A stretch of DNA of 59,985 nucleotides from a virus (taxonomy: Duplodnaviria > Caudoviricetes). The stretch spans positions 1-59,985 of IMG/VR virus record IMGVR_UViG_3300024051_000138; one strand, written 5' to 3'. A model generated the notes under the pieces. It was given only the letters and a program-made list of their open reading frames with translations, ran no database searches and was not told the DNA's origin. The position numbers and the translations under genes were made by a program. Positions 53,434-59,985 of this stretch are shown piece after piece (position 1 is the first letter of the stretch; every line of letters starts with the position of its first letter).

Positions 53434-53486
53434 CCCCCGTATAGGGTTAGACCATCCGCCCGGCAGCGGGAACACTGCTGGGCATG
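53434..53486 (+). promoter_or_regulatory. Putative late promoter 4
   Basis: CCCCCGTATAGGGTT-N22-AACACT-N7-ATG. Confidence 0.8.
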
Positions 53487-53927
53487 ACCACACCGGCCAG
53501 CCTTTCCCTGCCGCCGATCTTCCGGGGAACCACCTGGGATGCCGATCTTGAGCGCGCCACCGTGCCCTACAAGGTGCGGGAGGAATGCGGTCAGCTCGTG
53601 AACGCCTGCAGCGGCGCCTCTGTGCCCGACAGCGACATCACGTATGAGGACTACACCGGCTGTTCAGCCGTGGCCGAGTTCCTGCGCGAGTGCGGCTCGG
53701 GCGAGGTGCTGCTGGTCATGACGACGGCTGATGACCAGATCGTGCTGAATGGGGCGCGGATGCGCTTCAAGCTCACGGATGAGGAAACCGCGGCGCTGCC
53801 CTACGGCGACAAGCCCCCCGCGTGGACACAGTGCATGGTGCGGGTGACCGTGACGCGGCCCAACGGCGAGAAGGAGCCGCAGTACGAATTGCCGGTCGAG
53901 CTTCGCCCGTGGAGGCAGGCGCCGTGA
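53484..53927 (+). CDS. Putative tail-fibre attachment (BppU-like) protein
   Basis: IFRGTTW..DYTGCSA..L..EETAAL. Confidence 0.6.
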   Translation: MTTPASLSLPPIFRGTTWDADLERATVPYKVREECGQLVNACSGASVPDSDITYEDYTGCSAVAEFLRECGSGEVLLVMTTADDQIVLNGARMRFKLTDEETAALPYGDKPPAWTQCMVRVTVTRPNGEKEPQYELPVELRPWRQAP

Positions 53928-54457
53928 CCGACGTGATCGTGAAAGCAGAGCCCACCGCTGTCGTCATCCAGCGGGACCGCTCTGTGGTCGTAACGCGGCC
54001 TGGTGGCCCGACTGTTGTCGTGTCGCAGCCGATGCCGCCGCAAGTGGTGGTCACGCGCGGGGTTCCGGGGCCGCGTGGGCTGCAGGGCGTCCCCGGCCCT
54101 GCGGGCGGCGCGGCGTTCGTGCGGCATGCCGACGCCCCGTTGTCCGCGCTGCGCATCGTGTGGGAAAACGCCGCTGGCGCGGTCTACCCGCTCGACCCCG
54201 ACGACGATGCCCACCTTGACCTGATCAGCGGCCTGACGTTGACCGCCGCCCCCGGCGCGGGCGACGTGACCGTGCAGCGCAGTGGCCCGGTGGACGACAG
54301 CGCCTGGAACTGGACGCCCGGCCGTGTGTGGCTGGGCGCAGCAGGGGCGCTGACACAGATTCCCCCCAGCGGCACAACGGACGTGCTGGTGGGTTACGCC
54401 GTCTCTCCCACGCGGCTTTTTCTTGACATCCAAGACCCTATTTTTCAGGAGGACTGA
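53924..54457 (+). CDS. Virion protein with short collagen-like stretch
   Basis: GVPGPRGLQGVPGPAG; WNWTPG.VWLG..G.LTQ.PP. Confidence 0.7.
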   Translation: MTDVIVKAEPTAVVIQRDRSVVVTRPGGPTVVVSQPMPPQVVVTRGVPGPRGLQGVPGPAGGAAFVRHADAPLSALRIVWENAAGAVYPLDPDDDAHLDLISGLTLTAAPGAGDVTVQRSGPVDDSAWNWTPGRVWLGAAGALTQIPPSGTTDVLVGYAVSPTRLFLDIQDPIFQED

Positions 54458-54460
54458 ACT

Positions 54461-54979
54461 ATGGCCCAACGATTCCTCGCCCGCGTGTCGGGCAAGACCA
54501 AACAGGTCGAAGCGAAGACCACCAGCGCTGGCGCGGCGGATGCCGGAAAAGTGGGCGCGCTTGGCCCGGACGGCAAATGGGATATGTCCATGATGCCCGC
54601 CGGCATCGGCGCCGACACGCAAATCATCCCCGCCAGCGAAGCGCTGAGCGCCGGGAACCTCGTCAACATCTGGAGCGATTCTGGCGACGTGAAAGTGCGC
54701 CTGGCCGACAACAGCAATGGCCGCCCGGCCGATGGCTACGTGCTCGACGCCGTGTCCTCGTCCGCCGATGCCACGGTCTACCCGATGGACGGCACGAACA
54801 GCGAGCTGACCGGCCTGACCCCTGGCGCCGAATACTGGCTAGGCACCGCAGGTGGCGTCATCGACACGCCGCTGGATGAAACCGACAGCGGCAACGCCAA
54901 CAAGATCAGCCAGTACATCGGCAAGGCCAAGAGCGCCACCGAGCTGATCACGAATGACGACAGCTACGTGATTCTGTAA
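54461..54979 (+). CDS. Virion structural (cement / fibre-like) protein
   Basis: SAGAADAGK..ASEALSAG..ADGYV..GLTPGAEYWL. Confidence 0.7.
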   Translation: MAQRFLARVSGKTKQVEAKTTSAGAADAGKVGALGPDGKWDMSMMPAGIGADTQIIPASEALSAGNLVNIWSDSGDVKVRLADNSNGRPADGYVLDAVSSSADATVYPMDGTNSELTGLTPGAEYWLGTAGGVIDTPLDETDSGNANKISQYIGKAKSATELITNDDSYVIL

Positions 54980-54988
54980 GAGGTTCCG

Positions 54989-55273
54989 ATGGCGACGCGC
55001 AGGCCCCTGGTGATGATCGACGGCAAACGCAGGCAACTGCCTGCCGGGGACTCACTTCCCGGCGCTGCCCCCGTGGACGCCCTGACCATTACCTACAACG
55101 CAGACGGCACGGTGGACACGGTGACCGAAGACAGCGTGACCACCACCATCACCTACAACACCGACGGCACGGTGCACACCGTGAGCTACCCGCACGGCGG
55201 CCTTACCCGCACCGAGACCTACTCCTACAACCCAGACGGCAGTGTCTCCGGGATGAACGCTGAGGAGGTGTGA
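54989..55273 (+). CDS. Small protein with three YD-like repeats
   Basis: TYNADGTV, TYNTDGTV, SYNPDGSV. Confidence 0.7.
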   Translation: MATRRPLVMIDGKRRQLPAGDSLPGAAPVDALTITYNADGTVDTVTEDSVTTTITYNTDGTVHTVSYPHGGLTRTETYSYNPDGSVSGMNAEEV

Positions 55274-55276
55274 AAG

Positions 55277-56080
55277 ATGAACTTCGACCCCATTACCTAC
55301 AACGAGGCCCGCAGGGCGCGCCAGGCCGCCGAAGGAATCGGCAAGCTTCGCTACGAAGAATTCAAATCGTCTCGCACGTTCACGCCGAGTGCGCAGCTTC
55401 TCGCCAATGGTGGTCAGTGCTGGGCGCTCATCCTCGGCGGCGGCGGTGGTGGCGGCCATGGAGCGGCTTCAAACGGCTCTGGCGGGGGTGGTGGTGGCGG
55501 CGGGTTTCCGCTGGTGCTGCCGATTACCGTGAGTGGTTCTACCAGCGTGGTTGTAGGCGCAGGTGGAGCGGGTTCAACGGTCGCGGGGGTCAATGGCTCC
55601 AACGGTGGAGATAGCTCTGTCGGCAGCTACGTATCTGCAGGCGGTGGCGGTGGTGCAAGTGGCAGCACGTCTTCTGCAGGCGCTTGCGGCGGCGGTGGCT
55701 TCACCACGGGATCAACGTATGGCGGCGGCGGCGGCGGCGGGAGCGGAGGCCCCGGGAATAGGCCAGAGGGAACCTCTTATGGCGGAGGGGCCGGGACGAT
55801 TGGTTTTCCCGGCGGCGCTGGTGGCTTGACAACTACCGCAGGCGGCCATGGCGGCGGCGGCATTGGCGGCTACGGCGGCGGCGGCGGCGGCGGCGGTCGG
55901 CTGGCGGCTGGCGGCAATGGGACGGCAGGTGCCGGTGATGGCGGCAACCTTGCCTCCATCGCAGGAGGCAATGCCGTAGCCAATACAGGTTCTGGCGGTG
56001 GTGGCGGCGCAGGCTCTAGCACCGGCGGCAATGGGGGCGCAGGCGCATCGGGATTCGTTCGCATCTGGTGGTACGAGTAG
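55277..56080 (+). CDS. Glycine-rich tail fibre / receptor-binding protein
   Basis: GGGGGGG..ANTGSGGGG..GGAGASGFVRIWW glycine-rich domain. Confidence 0.8.
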   Translation: MNFDPITYNEARRARQAAEGIGKLRYEEFKSSRTFTPSAQLLANGGQCWALILGGGGGGGHGAASNGSGGGGGGGGFPLVLPITVSGSTSVVVGAGGAGSTVAGVNGSNGGDSSVGSYVSAGGGGGASGSTSSAGACGGGGFTTGSTYGGGGGGGSGGPGNRPEGTSYGGGAGTIGFPGGAGGLTTTAGGHGGGGIGGYGGGGGGGGRLAAGGNGTAGAGDGGNLASIAGGNAVANTGSGGGGGAGSSTGGNGGAGASGFVRIWWYE

Positions 56081-56088
56081 GAGGGCTC

Positions 56089-56580
56089 ATGGAATACGCA
56101 CTCATCAATGCGGGCCGCGTTGAAAACGTCATCGTGGCCGACGCGAAATTTATCGGGAGCATCGGGGCGGACTGGGATCACATCGAGCCACTGGATACAG
56201 TGCAGGAACAGTCTCTGGGCGTAGGTATCGGGTGGGAGTGGGACGGTACGCGGTTCATTGCACCAAGCGCGCAAGAACAGCAGCCCGCCGCCGGGCAGCG
56301 CCGCGTCTCGGTGCTCGCCTTCCGCCGCCGCTTCACCCCTGCCGAGCGCGCTGCCATCGAATGGGCGGCCGTGGACCGCCCTGAGCAGACCGACGCCCAG
56401 CGCCTGCTGGCCGCAGCGCTGCGCGCCACGCTGGCGGATCAGGCCGCGGCAACGTACATCGACCTGGCCGACGCCGACACCGTGGCCGGCGTGCAAACCC
56501 TCGAAGCCCTGGGCCTGCTTGCCACGGGCCGCGCCGCGGAAATCTTGGGCGCACCCATCCAACCCGGGGAACTGCCATGA
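56089..56580 (+). CDS. Tail fibre assembly chaperone-like protein
   Basis: YALI..GRVENVIVAD..GIGW.WDG..F..P; FRRRFT..E..IDL..GLL..RA.EIL. Confidence 0.75.
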   Translation: MEYALINAGRVENVIVADAKFIGSIGADWDHIEPLDTVQEQSLGVGIGWEWDGTRFIAPSAQEQQPAAGQRRVSVLAFRRRFTPAERAAIEWAAVDRPEQTDAQRLLAAALRATLADQAAATYIDLADADTVAGVQTLEALGLLATGRAAEILGAPIQPGELP

Positions 56581-57344
56581 GCGCGGACCGATACCTGACC
56601 ATCGTGGGCGTGCCGCCAGAACTGCGCGCCCAAGCGGCAGCATCGCTGGCCGAATGCAAGGCCCGGTGCAAGGGCCTCACATGGGCCAAGTGGAAGGTGC
56701 GCCTGCTGCACGCGGGCGAGATTGCCCGCCTGGTCGCGTGGGAAACCGACCGACTCATTGAAGTGCGACCGGACCTCGCGGACTGGGATATCGAGCCCGT
56801 GCTGAACGTCACGGCCCACGGCGATGACGTGCCCTGGGACGGCATGCCGGGCCGCCCAGTGCCGCACTGCTGGCTCAACCCCGACCCGGCGAGCGACGAA
56901 TACCGCGAAGCCGTGGCCGCCTGCTACTGGGCGCCGGGAAACCACCCGCGCAGCCAAGCTGCCGTGCGCGCCTGGTATCGGCGCAACGGCGGCGCAGGCC
57001 TTGCCTACCGGCTGGGGTACCCGGTCGATGAAGCCGAGGGGCACAAGATTTGGCGCGGCAAGCAAGGCCGAACATCCGTGGTGGTGCTCAAGAGCGGCGC
57101 AGCATGGCAACTCATCGCGGATACGGAACTGGCCTTCGGCTGGAAGCTGCGCCGGGCCTGGGGCTACGAAGTGGCGAACGTGTTCAGTGGCATTTACGCG
57201 CCCCAGGCGTGGTACGCGCTGCCGGGTACCGTGCTCAAGGCTACGGCGAGCTGGAGCACGCTGCCCACGCGCGAAGATGGACTGCCGCGGCGTGATGAAT
57301 TCCCCGGGGTGGAGCAGACGCCCGCAGAGGCCGCCCCCGTATAG
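56577..57344 (+). CDS. Trp-rich hypothetical protein
   Basis: 255 aa, ATGA-coupled; its stop lies inside late motif 5. Confidence 0.7.
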   Translation: MSADRYLTIVGVPPELRAQAAASLAECKARCKGLTWAKWKVRLLHAGEIARLVAWETDRLIEVRPDLADWDIEPVLNVTAHGDDVPWDGMPGRPVPHCWLNPDPASDEYREAVAACYWAPGNHPRSQAAVRAWYRRNGGAGLAYRLGYPVDEAEGHKIWRGKQGRTSVVVLKSGAAWQLIADTELAFGWKLRRAWGYEVANVFSGIYAPQAWYALPGTVLKATASWSTLPTREDGLPRRDEFPGVEQTPAEAAPV

Positions 57345-57386
57345 GGTTCGACGTTGCGAGCCCGACCCGGAATCATTCGGGCCATG
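57334..57386 (+). promoter_or_regulatory. Putative late promoter 5 (lysis)
   Basis: CCCCCGTATAGGGTT-N22-AATCAT-N7-ATG. Confidence 0.8.
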
Positions 57387-57716
57387 AAAACCGAAACCCT
57401 CGAAGCCATCGGAGCCGCTGGTAACAAGGCCACGATCATTGGCGGCTCGATGGCCGTGGCGGGCAAGCTCTCAGCGACGGATATTGCCGCCTACGTCGGT
57501 GCCGCCGTCGCCATCATCGGCTTGTTGATCACCTGGTATTACAAGCACCAAGCCAACAAGCGGCAGGTTGAACTGAATGCGCGCTTGAACCTGGAGGTGG
57601 ACAGGCGCGAGGAAGAGCGCAGCTTGCGCATGCAGTTGATGCGGACTTCTGGGCGGCCGGTGTTCCATGCCGATGCGGACCTGGGGGTAATTGATGGCAT
57701 GGAGGCGGACGAATGA
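57384..57716 (+). CDS. Holin
   Basis: TM segment AYVGAAVAIIGLLITWYYK, charged tail, precedes the lysozyme. Confidence 0.8.
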   Translation: MKTETLEAIGAAGNKATIIGGSMAVAGKLSATDIAAYVGAAVAIIGLLITWYYKHQANKRQVELNARLNLEVDRREEERSLRMQLMRTSGRPVFHADADLGVIDGMEADE

Positions 57717-58354
57717 CCTCCAAGGTTCCTCCCTGGCTGGCATCACGGCTGGCCGCCCTGGTGATCGGCGCTGGACTCGCCACAGGCGGCTACTGGGCCA
57801 CGCAGACCACCGACGAGGCGCTGCGCGATGAGTACGTGCAGGCCGTGGCCACTGACCCCGCTACGAGCGCTGGCGTGAAGGTGGCCATGGTCATGGGTGC
57901 CTACTACGAATCCAGCGGTAAGCACATTGGCACGCCGTACATGGACAAGCTGGGTAAGGGCCAGCCGCTCACGGTCTGCAACGGAATCACGGGCGAGGGC
58001 GTAGTGGAGGGCCGCTGGTACAGCCCGAGCGACTGCTACCTGCTGGAGCGCAAGCGCTACCTGCAGTCCGAGCGCGAGGCGCAGGCGCTGCTGCGGTACT
58101 GGCCAGCCTACGACCCGTTCGCCCAAGGCGCGTTCATCGACTTCGTGCACAACAAGGGCGCGGAGAACCTGTCCACCAGCACCATGCGGCGCAAGGCGAA
58201 TTCCGGTGATCTGGAAGGGGCCTGCCGCGAGAACCCGCGCTGGAACAAGGGCACGGTGCGCGGGGTGTCCACGGTCTTGCCGGGCCTGCAGCTGCGCGGC
58301 GACTCCAACGACGAGATTTGCCGCGAGTGGCGCGTTGCTGGGGGCATGTCGTGA
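57713..58354 (+). CDS. Endolysin, GH24 lysozyme with SAR-like N-terminus
   Basis: LAALVIGAGLATGG; YES..PYMD..TVCNGIT; DFVHNKG..STM..C..RW..LPGL. Confidence 0.88.
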   Translation: MTSKVPPWLASRLAALVIGAGLATGGYWATQTTDEALRDEYVQAVATDPATSAGVKVAMVMGAYYESSGKHIGTPYMDKLGKGQPLTVCNGITGEGVVEGRWYSPSDCYLLERKRYLQSEREAQALLRYWPAYDPFAQGAFIDFVHNKGAENLSTSTMRRKANSGDLEGACRENPRWNKGTVRGVSTVLPGLQLRGDSNDEICREWRVAGGMS

Positions 58355-58400
58355 ACCCCATCCTGATCGCTATGTGGTGGTACTGGTGGAGGAGCTGGCT

Positions 58401-58865
58401 GTGATTGAGTTGCGCCCCATCACCAAACAAGATGCAGGCGAGTTCATCCGCCATCACCATCGGCATCACGGCGTGCCAGTGGGCGCGCTCTGGTGGCAGG
58501 CGGCCCATGATGACGCGGGTGAACTGGTCGGAGTCGCAGTCGTCGGCCGCCCAGTGGCGCGAGCGCTCGATGATGGCCTTACGTGCGAGGTAACGCGGCT
58601 GTGCACCGATGGCACGCCGAACGCCTGCAGCATGCTCTACGCGGCTTCACGCCGGGTGGCTGAGGCCAAGGGCTACCGACGTGGCCTGACCTACATCCTG
58701 GCGTCCGAAGATGGCGGGAGCTTGCGGGCGACCGGATGGCGGCCGCTGTGGACGGTCAAAGGTCGGTCGTGGAACACGCCAGCGCGGCCCCGCACCGACA
58801 AGCATCCGACCGATGACAAGCAGGCGTGGGGCTGGGGTGCATGGCCCCAGGAGGACCGCACATGA
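58401..58865 (+). CDS. XF1762-family (Mom-like GNAT-fold) protein
   Basis: F...HHRHH..LVGVAVVGRPVARALDDG..EVTRLCTDGTPNACSMLY..TY..E.G.SL.A.GW; GGAGG RBS. Confidence 0.8.
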   Translation: MIELRPITKQDAGEFIRHHHRHHGVPVGALWWQAAHDDAGELVGVAVVGRPVARALDDGLTCEVTRLCTDGTPNACSMLYAASRRVAEAKGYRRGLTYILASEDGGSLRATGWRPLWTVKGRSWNTPARPRTDKHPTDDKQAWGWGAWPQEDRT

Positions 58866-59398
58866 ACCTCACCCTTATCACCCACCTGCTGGCCGCGCTC
58901 ATCGCCGGAGCCAGTGTCTTCTGGGTCCAGGCCCAGCACTACGGGTTGCAGATCGAAAAGCTCAAGCACCAGCAGACCAGCACCGAACTGCAGGGCGCGC
59001 AGCAGGCCGTGAAGGACATGGCCGGATTCCAGAAAGGACTGAACGATGCACTCGCCAACTTCCAAGCCACGGGCCAGCGCAACGCGGCCGCACAGCAGGA
59101 CCTTGATCGGAGCCTGCGCGATTTGCGCGGCACTACTGCAGGGCTGCGGGGCGACTTTGCCGGCCTCCCCGAACGCATCGCTGGAGCTGCCAAGCCCGCC
59201 CTCGCTCAGTACGCCAGCACCTGCACAGCCGTACTCCAAGAGCTGGCAGATCGAGGTGGACGACTGGCAGAGCGTGGTGCGGACATCGCGCGAGCGGCTG
59301 ATGGGCATTCCGCTGACGCCGCGCTGATTCGCGACGCATGGCCAACCAAGAACCCGCGCCGCCCGGATGGCGGCACCACATTGAGCACATCACCATGA
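58862..59398 (+). CDS. Rz: Rz-like inner-membrane spanin
   Basis: N-terminal TM, coiled coil, nested lipoprotein gene. Confidence 0.8.
   Translation: MNLTLITHLLAALIAGASVFWVQAQHYGLQIEKLKHQQTSTELQGAQQAVKDMAGFQKGLNDALANFQATGQRNAAAQQDLDRSLRDLRGTTAGLRGDFAGLPERIAGAAKPALAQYASTCTAVLQELADRGGRLAERGADIARAADGHSADAALIRDAWPTKNPRRPDGGTTLSTSP
59046..59327 (+). CDS. Rz1: Rz1-like outer-membrane spanin lipoprotein (nested, +1 frame)
   Basis: Lipobox ALLQGC followed by a Pro-rich segment. Confidence 0.78.
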   Translation: MHSPTSKPRASATRPHSRTLIGACAICAALLQGCGATLPASPNASLELPSPPSLSTPAPAQPYSKSWQIEVDDWQSVVRTSRERLMGIPLTPR

Positions 59399-59985
59399 CA
59401 CAACTTGCACCCCACCAGCAGCGCGTGCTGGACGAAAAGCGCGAACTCGACGACAAGCTGCAGAAGCTGACCGCGTTCATCAGTTCCGAAAAGTTCTCGA
59501 CCATCGTTCAGGATGAGGGCGAGCGCGGCCGCCTCGTTTGCCAGGAGGAGGCCATGAAGGACTACAGCGCCATCCTGGCCGAGCGCATCGAAGCATTCGG
59601 CGCCGAATCCATCACGCTCCCCGTGGTTGACCCCGGCCCTGACTCCCTGGAGCGCGAGATCCAGGCCAAGGCCAACAAGGCGCCGCGCGTGACGCCGGAT
59701 GACATCGAGGCCGAGATTGCCGCCGAGTTCTATTTCACCGCAGCCGATGGTGTGCTCGGCCAGTCCGAAATGGGGACGCGGCCCGCCGCTTGGACGAACC
59801 TGGATCAAGTCACGATCTGCACGCTGGTGCTGCGCAACGGCGCGAAGGTGCTGGGCGTGAATTACGGCGCAATCGACCGGGCGCAGCATGACGCGGGCAA
59901 GGGCCGGGAAGCGGCCCGGGCTGTAGCCGTCGAGAGGGTCTGGGAACTGCTGGGCTTCCGGTTGCGTGACACACTGGCGGCTTGA
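59395..59985 (+). CDS. Two-domain protein: crAss001_48-like helical domain plus N4 Gp49/Sf6 gp66-like domain
   Basis: HQQRVLDEKRELDDKLQKL..M..YS.IL.ERI; PRVTPDDIE..TICTLVLRNG..G..G...AR..A..VW.L.G. Confidence 0.78.
   Translation: MTQLAPHQQRVLDEKRELDDKLQKLTAFISSEKFSTIVQDEGERGRLVCQEEAMKDYSAILAERIEAFGAESITLPVVDPGPDSLEREIQAKANKAPRVTPDDIEAEIAAEFYFTAADGVLGQSEMGTRPAAWTNLDQVTICTLVLRNGAKVLGVNYGAIDRAQHDAGKGREAARAVAVERVWELLGFRLRDTLAA

Larger units (their letters stand above)
1..59985. mobile_element. Temperate phage / prophage with podovirus-type morphogenesis; att sites lie outside the window
   Basis: Ordered modules: integrase, recombination, cI/cro, replication, terminase, portal, capsid, ejection proteins, tail, lysis. 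No tape measure or sheath gene and no host housekeeping genes recognised. Confidence 0.97.

Noticed and set aside
55430-56010. GGC-rich runs as a regulatory repeat or G-quadruplex
   Set aside because: Fully explained by poly-glycine coding in the fibre gene.
1-59985. attL/attR, tRNA genes, diversity-generating retroelement, retron, invertase
   Set aside because: The window starts at the int ATG and ends at a stop codon. I saw no terminal direct repeat, cloverleaf, reverse transcriptase motif, TR/VR pair or serine recombinase by eye.

Overview
The window is one apparently near-complete, high-GC temperate (pro)phage, running from the integrase ATG to just past the lysis cassette. No att sites, host genes, tRNA, CRISPR array or reverse transcriptase are visible. 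A betaproteobacterial host is an inference only. Layout: integrase and AlpA; a leftward early operon (pentapeptide-repeat protein, Bet/YqaJ recombination, DEDDh exonuclease, a C5 methyltransferase with six internal repeats, an ASCH protein, many small ORFs); a lambdoid cI/cro switch with two matching operator-promoter blocks and an accessory cluster downstream of cI; a rightward replication operon (SNF2-like helicase, N4C/N6A methyltransferase, initiator with iterons, DnaB, RuvC-like, HNH proteins); podovirus-type virion genes (TerS, TerL, P22-like portal, scaffold, N4-gp56-like capsid, ejection proteins including a 2374-aa polyvalent protein, tail genes); and holin, SAR endolysin and Rz/Rz1. 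Main observations: (1) a reverse-strand membrane gene carries an exact 28-bp, in-frame copy of the N-terminus of the giant ejection protein (QIDDFLDGK) between two cysteines, beside a small-protein plus retropepsin pair, which is a candidate peptide-mimic exclusion system; (2) five copies of CCCCCGTATAGGGTT-N22-(A/C)AnnnT-N6-8-ATG, each with a hairpin over the -10 and start codon, suggest an activator-dependent, leaderless late promoter system; (3) two +1-frame genes appear nested inside the giant protein. All family assignments come from motif recognition by eye, not database searches.
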